64,000 bases of DNA from Prorocentrum cordatum (Eukaryota). The stretch lies in assembly GCA_963575745.1 (NCBI GenBank), contig CAUYUJ010000270.1, positions 62,001-126,000 of the forward strand, given 5' to 3'. The position numbers and the translations under genes are program-made. Under the pieces are notes generated by a model. It made no database searches and was not told where the DNA came from. It was given only the letters and a program-made list of their open reading frames with translations. Shown here one piece after another: positions 34,820-48,405 of the stretch; the stretch's first letter is position 1, and the number at the start of each line of letters is the position of its first letter.

Positions 34820-35480
34820 AGGAATGAGGGAAATGATGGGGATGGCGATGCTGATGATAATCATGAGAATAGTGATGGTGATGAGGATGACGACGGCAAT
34901 GACGTTGGTGCTGAGAAATTACGACGACGTTGGAAGTGATGATGATGGTTGCGATGGTGTCGATGAGATCGAAACGGTGGGGACGGCGACGACGATGACG
35001 ACGACGATTATGGTGATTATGACGGTGTTGACGATGCTGATGATGGTGCTGTTGATGATGGTGATGATGCGAATAAGGATGCTGCTGGTGATGTGGCGGA
35101 TGATGACGATTATGGTGGTGGTGGCGACAACGATGAGTATGATGGTGATGCTGATGATGCGGAAAATGATGCCGGCGTGGACTGTGATAACGATTATTGT
35201 GGTAATGCTGCTGGTGATGATAATGATGAGGATGGTGGCGACGACGATGGTGACGACGATGATGCAAACGACGTCGAACGCGATACCGATGACGATGCTG
35301 GAGGGGATTAACATTACTATGGCGACGATGCTGATGATTATGATGATGGTGCACGCGATGCAAATTATGAAGATGATGCTGATGCTGCTGATAATGCTGG
35401 CAGTGGTAATGGGAATGATGGTGATGGTTGTGGTGATGATGATACGAGTGACGAAGGGGATGGCGATGAAGACGGTGGCC
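34820..35480. repeat. Degenerate (GAT)n/(ATC)n microsatellite
   Basis: Direct reading of the sequence. Confidence 0.9.
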
Positions 35481-35599
35481 ACTGTCTCTATATATAGCGT
35501 CCTCTGGGATGAAAACTCTGGCCGGGATGCGTGGCTGGAGGTTTGCCACACATTAATATGATGGCTACACCACCATTCCTGAGGCAATCCCGTCGCACA

Positions 35600-36680
35600 G
35601 GGAGCAATGCCCCTGCAGCTCGCAAGGCGCGCGCGCGGGCAGGCGCTCGAGCGGCGCAGTTGGCTGCGCGGGGGGGGGGGGGGGGGGGCTATAGATCTAG
35701 ATCGGTATGAAGTCCTAGTGCTGCGGCTTTTTCATCAGTCTCGAAATCATTCACTGGGATTTCGAGCGAACGAATCAAATTGGGAGGGGGATGTCACGCG
35801 CGGCAGGGCCGCGCGACAGAGGCAGCGCGGGCGCCTTACTATCGTGCCCGAGCGGCGAGCCGTCCACTGCCTGGGTGCCTCGATCCACGCGGAGAGCTCC
35901 TCCTCGAGCCATCCCGCGGGCATCGCCCCGGCGCGGGCGGCGGCGGGCCCCTCGTTGCGCAGCGCTGCGAGGATGCGGGGGCGCCGATCCCAATCTTTCA
36001 TGGCGAACAGGATATTGGCGCTCTTGGTCTCGAGCCGGATGAGTGCCACCGCGCCCTCGATGTCTGTCCTCTTGATCGAGCTGCCGTCTTCGGGCGAGCC
36101 GTTGGCCCGCTCCATCCAGGCGTTCAGGGTCTTCTTGCGCGCGCCTCCGATGTCGCGCGCGATGAGCGCCTCCACTGCGGCCGGCACGGGGGGTGCAGTC
36201 GGCGGCCGGAGAGTCCTGAGCGCGAGCCGCTGCGCCTCGTCGCCCTCGCGGCCTGTCTGGGCCCCTACTCGAAGGGCCCCAGCTCGTCCGAGATGGCCGC
36301 GATCGGCGGGCGGGCGGTCGTCGCGCCCACCGCGCCCGCCGCGGTCGCGAGGGCGAGGCGGGCGCGGCGGCTCGACTGCAGCGCGAGCTTGCCCATCGCG
36401 GTGGGCATCGGCTGCAGCTTCTTGTCTTTGCTGGCCCGCGTCTCGTCCGCGCGAGCCCCGCGTCGATTGCGTCGCCCTCCGCGCCGGCGGCGCTGAGGTG
36501 CTGATCCCCCCAGGGGCCGGGGGCCCCCTGGCCCGCCGGCGCCGCCGCCGACGAGCTCCGCGCTGCGAAGGCGGGCTTCTTGCGCGGCGGCGCGTCGGGC
36601 GAGCCGCCCTTGCCGCCATTCGGCAACGGGGGCGACGGGCCCCCTAGTCCGCGCTGCCCGACGGGGGGGCCCTCCCTTCA
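35600..36680 (-). pseudogene. Decayed ORF of unknown function between the LINE RT ORF and the (CAT)n tract
   Basis: Protein-like stretches across frameshifts: MGKLALQSSRRARLALAT, IEGAVALIRLETKSANILFAMKDWDRRPRILAAL, QPTAPLER. Confidence 0.4.
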
Positions 36681-39600
36681 TTGTCGCGCCCCGGGGCCCC
36701 TCGGCCCCCGTCGCCGCCGCCGCTGCCCCCCCCCCCCCCCCGCGGCGCCTGCGCTCCGCGCAAGTGTCGAGGTGGCCCCCTGCCCCGGCAACTGCAGCGC
36801 GGCGGCCGCGGGAGGGGGGTGACGGGCGGGGGGCTGAGGGCGCGCCGACTTCTTGCTGGCAACGCAGCGCTGGCTGTCGGCGGCGTCGAGCTCCTCTTGG
36901 CCGGGCAGCAAGGGCAGCGCGAGGTAGTGGAAGACGATGCGATGCGCGCCGAAGTGCGCGCCTGGCTTCCGCAGCGCCCGCGAAGGCGGCGGGGCCGCGG
37001 TCGGCCGCGGCGGGGGCAGCGAAGGGCGCCGCTCGCGACCTCGGCGTCGACGCGGTCGGCGCAACGATCAGAACTCAATTTGAGCCACATGGCGACGGAG
37101 GAACGCATTCACAATGATGTAATCGCAGGGCCTCGGCGCCCTGGAAGGACTCGCAGCACTTCGGTTTCGTCGGTGCACTCGAGCGCGGGCATGCTCGCAG
37201 GCTGGTCGGGGCGAACTCGCGTCAATGGCGGGCTTGATCAGGAACGCGACGCCCCTGGAGCCGCGATCTGCGGCGATGGCGCACAGCGTGGTCTACGTTC
37301 GAGAAGGTCGCATCGCGCATGAGGCACGAGTCAACGGCGATGGTCGCGAGGATCGGGCGCCAGCCATGCCTTATGGCGTTCGATTGGACCCGCCGGATTA
37401 CAAGTCGGCGGAGGTTTTCGGAACCGCTCGGCGCTGCCCCCAAGCGAGTTCACGAAACTCGTTTCCTCCTCGTCTGAATCCTTTCCGATGGAGGTGTTCG
37501 GCAATGGGCCAGGTTCCGGGGGGAGGGGGAGGTGTTCGGCAATGAGCAAAGCTCCGGGGGGGGGCATTTCCTGGAGACGAAGGTGGCGCGCATCTCCCTC
37601 GCGTCGCATTGCAGGGGCCGGTCCCTGATCGCCGGGTCGCGAAACAGTCTCGAGATGGCCATCGGGCCCCAGATGTCGCGCGGATCGGGCGCCATGGGAT
37701 GTCATGACAAACAATCGAGATCTTCGCGGAGCAGTCCTGACTCGGCGAGGGTCGTCTCCGCATCGGAATCGGGGCCCGCCTCCTTGAATTTGAATGCCCG
37801 AACATGGCCGAGAGAAAGTGGGCGCGGTGGTCGGGTTTGGCAACAGTGGACTGCTACCAGCAGGGTCGTCGGATAAACAATTTGACGGCAGCGGGGGCGA
37901 TGTCCAATTCCTCGAATGCCTGCCCATTCGCGAGAGACGCGTGGACTTCGTCGGCCGACGCCTCGCGGGCCTTCCCCAGGAGGAGAGCGCACGTCTGCTT
38001 CGCCAACGACCTTTCCGAGCACCTAGGCTCACTCCCCAATGGGGCATGGGGCTCCAAGCCCGACCGCGCCCCCCCCCCCCCCTCCGCCCCCCCCCGCAAC
38101 GTTGGGGATGAAGGCCATTCTTTTGCAGCGGGGGGGGCCAGGAGCGGTCCACAACTAACAGAGATTACACCAACCAGCATTCCCAGACCGCATTCGTTCG
38201 GCGATGTCTGCTGCGTTGCTATATCTCCTCCGAACTGGGTCACGTTAACTTCGGGCGCGCCATGGATGGCCAGCTCCGCGTCTTCTGCGTCCCGGGCGCG
38301 GCGTAGACGTACTAACGAGTCTTGTTTATCTACATTGTGAGCGTGCCATTCTAGAGCTCTGCGTTAAGAATGTCGTTGTCTAGCTCGTCTAAGAGGGGGG
38401 CGTGCTGGGAAAGGGGCCTCGGGCGCGATGGAAACCTCGATCAAGTGGTCGATGACCCCCCCCGTGGACCCGGCCCTGGACGGCGTCACTAATGTGGCAG
38501 ACCGGATCTAACGGGGTGCCCGTAATGTCGGCGAGCGTTTCGCGCCGCGTTCGACTGGTGAATGATAAGGCCCCCATGAACAGCTCTGGCTCGTTGGAAT
38601 TCCCCCCCCCCCCTCCCTCCATAAGCCGAGCGCAGATGGGCGCGTCCGCAGCGTCGATGCGGATCGCCGCCCCCGTGCGCCGCAACTCCAGCACGCGCGC
38701 GAAATGCCTCGAGGGTTGGCGGGCAACCCGCGCATCGAGGAATCGCCAGGTAGGGTCAGTACCGAACGCATTACGCACACCATAGGACGTGATCATGCAG
38801 GCGAGGAATTGGCGTCGGAGTTTCCACTCGATAGCTTTCACAATGGGCACGGGGACACCCCGACGACGTCTCCGAGCTCCGCCGCGCGCCCAATCGGGGG
38901 GGGCTCCGAGCCGCGCGCCTTCAAACCGATTCTTAGATAGAAGCGCCACCGCGGGCAGAAACAATGGATCGTTCTCGGACAAGAAGTGATGTCTCTCACG
39001 GGGCCGCCTGCGGGTCGCTCGGGGTTCTTGGGCACGAAGGCCCCGCGGCTCGTCGCGGCTCGTCTCGGAGATCCATCGAACGAGCGCAAGCAACGAGATC
39101 AGGACCGCGGGGCCCTCGGCAGCCACGTCGTTGGAGATGGCGCCCAGCTTCCTCTTGCCGGGGGGTCGCATCTCGATTCGGGCGCTATCCTATTCCAGGC
39201 CAGCCCAGTCCGTGGGCATCAGGAGGAGGGTGCACTCAGCATCAGCATGTTCGACGCCAAGTCGTGGGGTGCCTGGTTTCGCAAGGACCTGGGGGCTGAG
39301 ACCCATCATGGTGAATTCCACGGGCCAGCGCCAGGCGGGACTTGCATAGACGGCGCCGTTGTGTCCAGATCCTCCCCCCATGAACCGAAGGTCATCTAGC
39401 GCGGCCGGCGGGCTCTCTCCGATCAAACCGATGGGGTGGGCGTCGGAGGGCGGGGTGGCGAGGAGAGCCTCAACTGCCTTGGTGTCCCGTAGCCACATGC
39501 CGTCGTGCACTTCTCTGGCCGATGACCCTCCTGCCGCGCCCGAAAGAGAAAACGCGGCCAAGGTGCCCATGCTTTCCGGAGTTCGGTTTCAATAGTGTAC

Positions 39601-42600
39601 TTCCACCAATCATCGTTCCACCTCTGAAATCTATGTATGCTGCGTGTGACCTGCTGAAAATATGTAGACGGCACGTGTTCACGTTGCTCGCGTAAACGTG
39701 CTCGCTGACGAAGGAGTGTAAGGCGCCCCGCTGTTGCAGCTTTTACCCATTGCGGTGTACTGCCATGTTTGGAATAGCACTTCTCGGCCATGGAACGCAT
39801 GCTGTAACTGGCTACCGCCGCGTGCCGCGTGGGATCATCGTCATCAATGGTCGTGTCTAGGATAAGGACAGCCTGTTGTCGGTTTGTGTGCAAGTCCACA
39901 GGGGATTCGCGCCTAGCTCGTCCAATCTGTAGCCCTGATGCAAGCAGGTCCCACTCTCAGACACATGATCCCAGGTCTTGAGGAGAAGGAAGGGCGGTGA
40001 CCGTGACCTCCATGGCATTGGGGTATGTGATCTGACATGTGCGGAAGTACCTGCAATCTTCCGTGGCTGCGCCAATGCACAACCATGCGGGCGGTGTGAC
40101 TTAATACCCCGCGGCGTCGTCGTCTGTAACAGTCCCGTCCTGGCGTCCAGGGCTCAAATTCATGTCACCGAAAATCATGGGGGCGACCCTGGTCGGCGTG
40201 CCGTTATTATCGTCCAGGACCCCAGTCAACAAGCGTTGGTCGACAATTTTCCAGTGGCGAACGCGTGCAGTTGCTGATGGACGTGGCTGGAATTACGCAA
40301 AGATGAACCTAGGTCTGAAGGGTTCCTGAAAAACGTCCACGGAACCCCTCTCTCCTAGAGTTCGGTGTGGGGGGTGATTATGATGATGTCTTTGGCCCTG
40401 AAACTGTTCGCCGGGAGACCGATCGAACATCCCGCCGACGCATTGGTCATACTCCCCCGAACCCATCCAACACGTACGACAAAAAAGGTGTCGGTGTGCC
40501 TTTTCACATGTATAGGGGTCCCAAGCATGGCGCGGAGCTTGGTCCCAGCGTCGGAAACCTCCGTGAACGGGTTCCACCCCGCGACACGCAGCTTGGTGAC
40601 CATGGCACGCGCGCAGAAACATGTATTTCAATGCCCATATACGGCAGGTTCGTGTCGTGTCGACCCAGGCGTTGGTTTCTGACACCGCGGGGATCGTTCA
40701 ACCTTGAACGATCGGCCATTTCCGCAACGTCCAATCGTTCAACATCGACCGATTCTGGGCCGCCGCCGGCGTTCAACGTTGAACGCCGGCGGCGGGGTCG
40801 CCGCCGGTCGACACGACACGACCCTACCGTATGCCTCTGTCCATCTACCCCGCTAAATTTTGGAAAAGGGGGGAAGCGGAGAAGGAACGGCTGGGCCGCC
40901 AGGGGGGGAGGGAAACGTGAAGACGAAGACGAGGGGGCAGGATGACTAGAGGACGGAAGGTTCTACCCTGAGGGCTGCATCGTCGGGAGGGACGGGCGGA
41001 TCGCTTCGCCCAGGCCACCCGTCTAATATTCGCGCTCGGCTTGGCCACCAAGCGGGCTTGAATGAAAGGGCAAGATGAGGAGAGAAGCGCCAGGCTCACT
41101 TGTTCAGCTCGATGCGGCACGCGCGCGCGCTGGGTCCAGCGCTGCAACGTCTGCGACGTTTGGCCTGTCGGGCCAGCCATCTGGTGGCTTGCCTCCCCTC
41201 CCCTTGGCCAGTCCTTGGCCGATGGGCCTACGCTGCAGAGAGGGGAAGACAGGTTCGTGGAAATGAATAGACCCCCCACCACCCCTGTAGCACAGTGATG
41301 CTCGGAGTGGGCAGGTAAAAACATGAAATGGAACGGGCGGGTCGAGCGGGTCGCTGAAGCGTCAGCAGTCCGTGTGAATCGCGAGGATTTCTTGAGCGAT
41401 AGCGCGAGCGCGATTCCCAAGTTAAACGTTAGGGACTCCAGAGCGAGAGCGTGTTCCTGAAAGTCCAGGGCGCGGCGTCTGAATACATTGCGAACAGGTC
41501 CCGCGCAATTTGGATAACTTGTGAAGAGATGCCAAGCGGGACCGTTGAATTCACATCTCCGGGTAATAATGATTGTTGGCCCCACCCTGTCTGCTGCACA
41601 GTGTTTTTTTCAAACGTTAGCACAACGGGCACCTGGCCCCCAATATCGAGGTTCCGACCCTGGACTTGAAAAAAGCCACTCCCTTCCTTCAACACTGGAA
41701 TGCCCAAACTCCCAATTGCGAAAAAAACCAAAGTGGAATTGCCAAGCTCCAGATTGGAATCTTGAACGGGACCAGCAAGCGAGGATCAATCTTGCGGTTT
41801 TAGTCCAATGCTGGTTTTCGGGACCTCAATATTGGACCAAAACTTCAATCTTGGATTGCTTTTTCAATTCTGAAGTTGGGATCCATATCATATTGAACTT
41901 TCGCTCGGCCCAGTGAAACTGTCATCTGAGGCATGTTGCGAGGATGCCTCGAGCGGGCGCCTCGTCCGCAGCAAAGTGTGATAATGTCTCGAGGGGGGGC
42001 TGGTCCCTGCCCAAGTGATCGGATCTCCTGAGAGGGACCCTCGTTCCCAGGCAAGCCGCGAGGGCATGTCGAGCGGGAGCCTCGTCAAATCCCACTCCGA
42101 GCACCTCACTCGTGTGCCTCCTCCTCCCCCCCCTCTCCTCCGCCGTCCCCTGGCCGAGCTCGGCTCTGGTAGCCGGTAGGCTGCTGCTGCTGCTCCTCCT
42201 CCTCCGCCTTGCCCTCCTCCTCTCCCTGCTGCTGCCGCCGGTTTACATGAAAATCCAGGCCCGCCAAAGCAGTCACCAAATGTCTCGGGTGACTGTTCTG
42301 GGGCAGGCCCCTGTTCAAGGCGACGGCCTCCTCATCCTCCTCCTGTTCCTCCTCCTCGTCCAATACCTCCTGGACCTCCTCTGCCTCCTCCTCCTCCACC
42401 TCCTCCTCCTCCTTCTCATCATCCTCGCAATCGCAATCGCAATAAAAGGGCAAGACGAGCAGAACACTAAAGACAACTAAAATGGGCACAACGGTCTACA
42501 GCACGTACCTCGAATCTACGTCATACTGATGGGCCCGCCCGCCCGACCCGCCCGGCAGGGTCCTCCCACCCGACCCGCCTGTATGTCTCTGCCGCTTGTA

Positions 42601-42859
42601 GCCCTACTCCTTGCCCTCCTCATGCAAATCTCTCTCGTGCTCCATCCTTCCTCACCCCTTGTTTCTTCCCTCCTCCCTTACTTCTTTCTCCTCTTGGAAG
42701 AACTGCGCCAACTACAAACGGCAGGTACGGAAAATAATATCTCCCTTAAAACATTGTATGGACGGCACAAACGTTTCCAACACAAGTCCGGACAACTCCC
42801 CGGGCAGCCTGGACAACTTCTCAGAGATGGAGACCACAAGTGCCCTAGCATGTAAGTAT

Positions 42860-43085
42860 GGCCAACGCTTGAGCGAGAGCACCGTTCCCTACCAGGGATG
42901 TGGCCAGTGCACTGGAGAGAGCACCATCTTCAATCAGGGATGTGGCTGGCACTCGGGCGAGAGCAACATCCAATGATCGGGCGACAGCTCACTTCCCAAT
43001 TGAGAGTGCAGTCACCGCTCAAGCGACAACACCACTCCCGTTCAGGGATATGGCCGGCGCTCCAACGACAACACCATTCACCACC
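42860..43085. repeat. ~42-bp minisatellite (CAGGGATGTGGCC.G.GCACT...GAGAGCACCA)
   Basis: CAGGGATGTGGC at 42893 and 42935, CAGGGATATGGC at 43043. Confidence 0.6.
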
Positions 43086-43329
43086 TTCCCCCGATTCCGA
43101 GTCCCGTGTCTGCTCATCCTTGGGTCAGGGCATCTTTGTGAACAGAGTAACAAGGTTGTCTCAGGCAAAACTGGCTGGGCAACCTATCGCGCAGCATCTC
43201 AGAAGCCATAGTTTCGAGGATGTCTCAGGTGAAACTGGCTGGACAACCGAAAGTCAGGACATGTTGGTACGAATCCCCCCCCACTTTGGTGCTGATTCCA
43301 ACCACTCTTGTGCCTCACAGGCGATTCTG

Positions 43330-43640
43330 AACGGCGTCTTCCAGGTGTCTTGCGGGCGTCTTTCAGGCGCCCCTGAGAGCCTGAGAGGCGTCTTACGGGC
43401 GCCTCTGAGAGGCGTCCCACAGGCGTCCCTGAGAGGCGTCTTACAGGCGCCCCTGAGAAGCGTCTCACAGGCGCCTGAAAAGCGTCCTGCAGGCGCCTCT
43501 GAGAAGCGTCTTGCAGGCGCCTCTGAGGAGCGTCTTACGGGTGCAGAGGCGTCTCAAAGGCGCCTTTGAAATGCGTGTTCCTTACTGGCACCTCTGAAAG
43601 GCGTCTCGCAGGCGCCTCTGGGAGGCGACTTACAGGCCCC
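43330..43640. repeat. ~23-bp minisatellite (GCGTCTTACAGGCGCCTCTGAGAG)
   Basis: About a dozen consecutive degenerate units. Confidence 0.85.
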
Positions 43641-43804
43641 AGGCTCGAGCCCTCGGCTTCTTGCAGGTTTCAGGCTCTCGCCGTTTGTTGCTCAAATCCT
43701 CTGCTCGAGCCCTCTTCCTCCTCCCCCTCCTCCTCTGGCCGTGCCCCATGGCTCCCACATCCGAGGGTCGTCGTCGAGGACCTTGGCAAGCGGCGCCGTC
43801 GCCG

Positions 43805-44070
43805 AAACCCTCAATCCCTTAACCCCTTCAACCCTTAAGCCCATAACCCCTCAGACCTTTAAGTCCTTAAGCCCTGAAGCCCTACACCGTTAAATCCAAA
43901 AACCCTTAAGCCTTTGCGTCCAGCTCTGAAAACTCTTGAAATCATGAAATCCTTCAGCCTGAAGTCCTCAAACACTTACACCCTTAGCCATTAAAGCCCT
44001 TAAGCCCTTAAGCCCTCAAGCCTGAAACCCTTAAGCCCTTACACCGTGAAGCTCTCATACCCTCAAAGTA
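43805..44070 (+). repeat. Degenerate telomere-like tract (AAACCCT / AAGCCCTT variants)
   Basis: AAACCCT, AACCCTTAAG and AAGCCCTTAAGCCCTTAAGCCCT resemble the (CCCTAAA)n plant/dinoflagellate telomere repeat. Confidence 0.5.
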
Positions 44071-44859
44071 TGATCCCAAGGCAACCCTTGTCAGGAATCT
44101 CGCGGGATTGTAAACATTCGAGCACATACCTGCCAGACGGAAGAAATAGGTGGAAACATGAAGTAGGAAGGCGGATCAAGTAGATTGGGGTCGGGCCCGC
44201 CAAGGGAAAAGCAAAACACAGCAACCCATATCGAGTGTTGACGTACGAAGGAGTCTTAAGTAGAGTGGGATCTGGCTACCAAGAAACAGCTATGTGCAAC
44301 GAGTGGCGTGGAAACGACGTTTATGGTTTTGATATGTATTAACATCGACCGGTAAGTACAACTGTACGTGGCGGGGCCAGTTCGAAGTAGTACACGTTTG
44401 GTTTTTAATCCTGATTGGAAAACGTATTAGTTGGTTGGGATTCGTCCAACATGCGTCCGGGCTCCCCCTTGCTTTTCTTGTAAAGGACCCCCCCACACCC
44501 TTGCCAACAACGGCAGAAAACGGCCTCTTCAAGTCACTCGAACGCTTTTGCGCGGAAGCTGAAGGGGGCATCGCGCTAGTCAAATCCCACCAGGCTTTTG
44601 GGCGACAGGTGGTCTAACGAGGGTCTCCTTCCTCGTCCACAACCCCTCCTCCCTTCGGGGAGGGAACACCTCCCCCTCCCCTCCCTGGCGTTTTTCCCTA
44701 CCTAGGCTCTGCCTAGAAGGGTTCTTGCTCGCTTGGCTTAAATGGGCCGGGCAGTGCAAACCGCCTCGGGCGGTTCCCCCAGTCCCCTGGGAGCCAAGCG
44801 AAAGCAACAGCAAAGGTAAAAACAAACGCGCGGTTCCCCCAGTTGCGCTCCCTGTGTGC

Positions 44860-45872
44860 CAAGCAAAAGCACAAGCAAAGGCAAACGTGAATGCAAAACA
44901 CGAAGGCAAAGCAAAAGCAAAAGCACAGCATAGCATAGCAAAGCATAGCATAACGCAGCATAACATAGCGCAGCATAGCATGGCATAGCATAGCCTAGCC
45001 TAGCCTAGCCCAGCATAGCATTGCGTAGCATAGCATAGCAAAGCAGAGCAGAGCAGACCAGAGCATAGTATTGCATCGCGCAGCACAGCATCCACTATTG
45101 TGGGGAGGTTGTGGTCACACCACTCTGGTGAAACCGCACATTCCAGCTCCGATGATGCCCGCCGAAACAATGCTGAACAGCTTGTTGCACCGATCTGGGA
45201 GTTGCTGCTGCTGTACAGTTTCGTAGGAACGTTCGGTGTAGCAAGTGTTGCACAACCTTGCTCAATGCCAAGTCGTGCGGTGTAGGCGGGATCCGGAGCA
45301 TTCTCAAGCACACCCGGTGAGCGAATGCAGAAACATGCGTGTGTGTGTCTGTGCGCAAGCAGAGCAAAAGCAAAACCAAGCAACAACACAAACAAAAGCA
45401 AAGCAAAAGCAACAGCAATAGCAATAGCAAAAGCAAAAGCAAAGGCAAAAGCAAAGGCAAGCAACAACAAAACCAATGCGAAACTGTAGATGTAGATGTA
45501 GATGTAGATGTAGGTGTAGGTGTAGATGTGGATGTCGGTGTAGATGTAGATGTAGATGACGATAAAGATGTGGGTGCAGATGTAGGTGTTGATGTAGGTG
45601 TAGATGTGAGTCTCGCTGTTGATGTAGATGTAGATGTAGATGCAGGTGTAGATGTAGATGTAGCTGTAGATGTAGGTCTAGATGTCTATGTAGGTGCCGA
45701 TGTACATGTAGGTGTAGATGTGGATGTAGATGTAACGAACTCCCCAGTGCCCCGCCCTCATCTCCGTGCCAGCTTGCTTTTGCTGCTGTCTCGGCGACTT
45801 GCTGCCTGCTTCTGCTGCTGCTTCACTTACGGCGTGGCGTCGGCGTTTCTGGCGCTACTGCTACTACTACTC

Positions 45873-45910
<38 letters not shown>

Positions 45911-45958
45911 GCTACTACTGCTACTACTGCTACTACTGCGCTACTGCTACTACTACTC

Positions 45959-45996
<38 letters not shown>

Positions 45997-46024
45997 GCTA
46001 CTACTGCTACTACTGCTACTACTG

Positions 46025-46064
<40 letters not shown>

Positions 46065-46135
46065 GACTACTACGACTACTACTACTACTACTACGACTAC
46101 TACGACGACTACGACTACTAAGACTACTACTACTA

Positions 46136-46182
<47 letters not shown>

Positions 46183-46206
46183 ACTACTACTACTACTACT
46201 CCTGCT
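44860..46206. repeat. Compound microsatellites (GCAAAA)n, (GCATA)n, (GTAGAT)n, (CTA)n
   Basis: 44860-45065, 45355-45470, 45486-45733, 45855-46206. Confidence 0.9.
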
Positions 46207-46306
46207 NNNNNNNNNNNNNNNNNNNNNNNNNNNNNNNNNNNNNNNNNNNNNNNNNNNNNNNNNNNNNNNNNNNNNNNNNNNNNNNNNNNNNNNNNNNNNN
46301 NNNNNN
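46207..46306. other. Assembly gap (100 N)
   Basis: Run of N between (CTA)n and (CCT)n. Adjacency across the gap is not guaranteed. Confidence 0.99.
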
Positions 46307-47110
46307 TCCTCCTCCTCCTCCTCCTCCTCCTCCTCCTCCTCCGTCCCCCGTCCTCCTCCCCCTCCTCTTCGTCATGATTATCCTTCTCCTCCTCTCTTCC
46401 TCGTCCTACTCCTCCCCGCGCTCTCGCCTTTACGGGTGTCTGAAAGCCAGGACGGCCAGAGAAGACCACCAAACCAGCCGGACCCGGCCCAAAAGGGCCT
46501 GGAGACGCATCGAAGATGGCTCCAAGAGGGCCCTCCTCCTTTTCCTCCTCCTCCTCTCCCTCCTTCTCCTCCTCCTGAAAAATCCTTATCCGCCTCCTCC
46601 ACCTCCTCCTCCTCCTCCTTCTCTTCATCCTCCTCCTTCCTTCATATGCCCGCAAAAGGCCTCCAGAAAGCCCCACAAATGCTCCAAGAAGCCACAGAGA
46701 GATCGCAACAGCCCCCCCAAATAACCCACCAAGGCCTTTAACAGGTCCCCCAAAAAGCCCTACAACATACCCAGCAGAATTCCGAAATGTCTCGTCGTCG
46801 TCCTCGTCCTCCTCCTGATCCATCTCCTACTCCTCCTCCTCTTCCTCCTCCTCCTCCTGCTCCTCCTCCTCCTCCTCCTCCTTTTCGTCGTCGACGTCCT
46901 GCGGTCCTCCCCTTCCTCCTCCTCCTCCTCCTCCTCCTCCTCATTCTCCTCCTCATCCTCCTCCTTCTCCTCCTCCTCCTCCTCCTCCTCCTCCTCCTAC
47001 CGCTCCTCCTCCTACCGCTCCTCTTTCTCCTTCTCCTCCTCCTCCTCCTTATCCTCATCCGCCCCCATCCCTCTCCCCGCCCCCTTCATCCCTCCATTCC
47101 CCCTCCTCAT
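46307..47110. repeat. (CCT)n microsatellite field
   Basis: Direct reading. Similar tracts at 21950-22070, 42120-42430 and 47500-47900. Confidence 0.9.
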
Positions 47111-48370
47111 GCCGCGGCACTCCCGACCAAAGCACACTGGCGGGTAGGACCGACAGATTCCTGTGACACCGACCCCGTCGGCGTGTGTGAGGGCTTCTCT
47201 GGTCGGGTCGTCGTCTCTGTCGTCTCCTCGTCGTCTCCGTCGTCATCACAGTCGTCTCGTCGCCGACTCCGTCGTCCCCCCTGTCTTTGCCCTGAGCCCT
47301 ACTCCTCGAGCGTGCTATCTAAAGCGAAAATAAACAACATCGTTAGTGGAGACGACTGGAAGCCCCTTTCCCTTCAATCCCTTCCCCGCGAGGAGAGGGG
47401 TCCGGAGAGGGCCCGGGGGAGGGTCCCCGAAGGAGGTCGCCCGCATACGTCTCCCCCTTGCGCGATCCCGAGCCCCATCCCCCCCCTCCTCCTCCCTCAT
47501 CCGCCTCCTCCACCCTTTCTCCTCCTCCCACTCCTCCACTTCTTCCTCCCCCCCCCTCGATTTCATCTTCGTCGTCTTCAGGGTCGGCGGCACCGGCCGT
47601 AAGGCCTTCGCAATATGCAGCGGCTTCGCGGGTGCAGCGCAGTTCCTTTCCAAAGCGGGGCTGTCGCTTGGTACTTCCTGGGACTTTTGAGCCCCACAAG
47701 ACGAAGCTCCCGCCCGACTTGCGGGCCAATGGGGCGTTCGTCTTTCAAGGGGGGCGCTCCGCGCCGTGAGAAGGAACGTTTGTAGGGACTCATGAGGCGG
47801 GGACTTGGGACGGGAAGGTGCTTTGCAACATCGTTGATGCATCCTGTGTTTACTCTGGCTCTATTCTTCCTCCTCCTCCTCCTCCTGCTCCCTCCATTCC
47901 TCCCTTTCATCCTCTTCATCCTTGTCTCAAGGATGGGGCGGCACGGTGAGCTCTTACCTCATGCAGGATCCTTCTCTGGAGGACCAACCACCGCATCAAC
48001 AAACATGTCGCTGAGGTCCGCGCTGATTTCTTGGATCGGCGCTGGATCCCCCTCGATGGCGCGCGGAGCGCACAAAGGGCGGTGCCAGAGGCGCCGCCAG
48101 AGGGGCCCAACGCCGATCCAAGGAACCCGCGAGGACCTCAAAAAGAGATTATGTTTATGCTGTTTTTGGTTCTTCGATCCTCCTTCTCCTCCTCCTTAGT
48201 CTAATGCGCCATGGGAGGCCGAGAGGAAGGCAGCGGGCGAGGGGGGTGCAGGTGTGCCGCAGCGGGGGGGGGCTCCTGCAGCGCCGCGGCCACGACCGCC
48301 AGCTGCTCCCAGACGGCGGCCTCCAGCTGTCGTCGTCGCACCCGCCGTCGCCGTCGCCGTCGTCTCCGCG

Positions 48371-48405
<35 letters not shown>

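Larger units (their letters stand above)
34820..40620 (-). mobile_element. Second LINE-type non-LTR retrotransposon, heavily decayed, ending in a long (CAT)n tract
   Basis: APE-like LRVAGWNP...GTK...NASAGCSIGL (40603-40410), GVLDDNNG (~40210), RLDE (~39920). RT-like ITSYGVRNAFG (~38780), GGGGNSNEPELF (~38600), A*VLG (~38020). C-terminal His-containing HFGAHRIVFH (~36950). Confidence 0.6.

Noticed and set aside
34590..35587. Long His-, Met- or Ile-rich ORFs
   Set aside because: Translations of a (GAT)n microsatellite.
45339..47602. Poly-Leu/Tyr/Thr/Val ORFs
   Set aside because: Microsatellite artefacts, some spanning the N gap.
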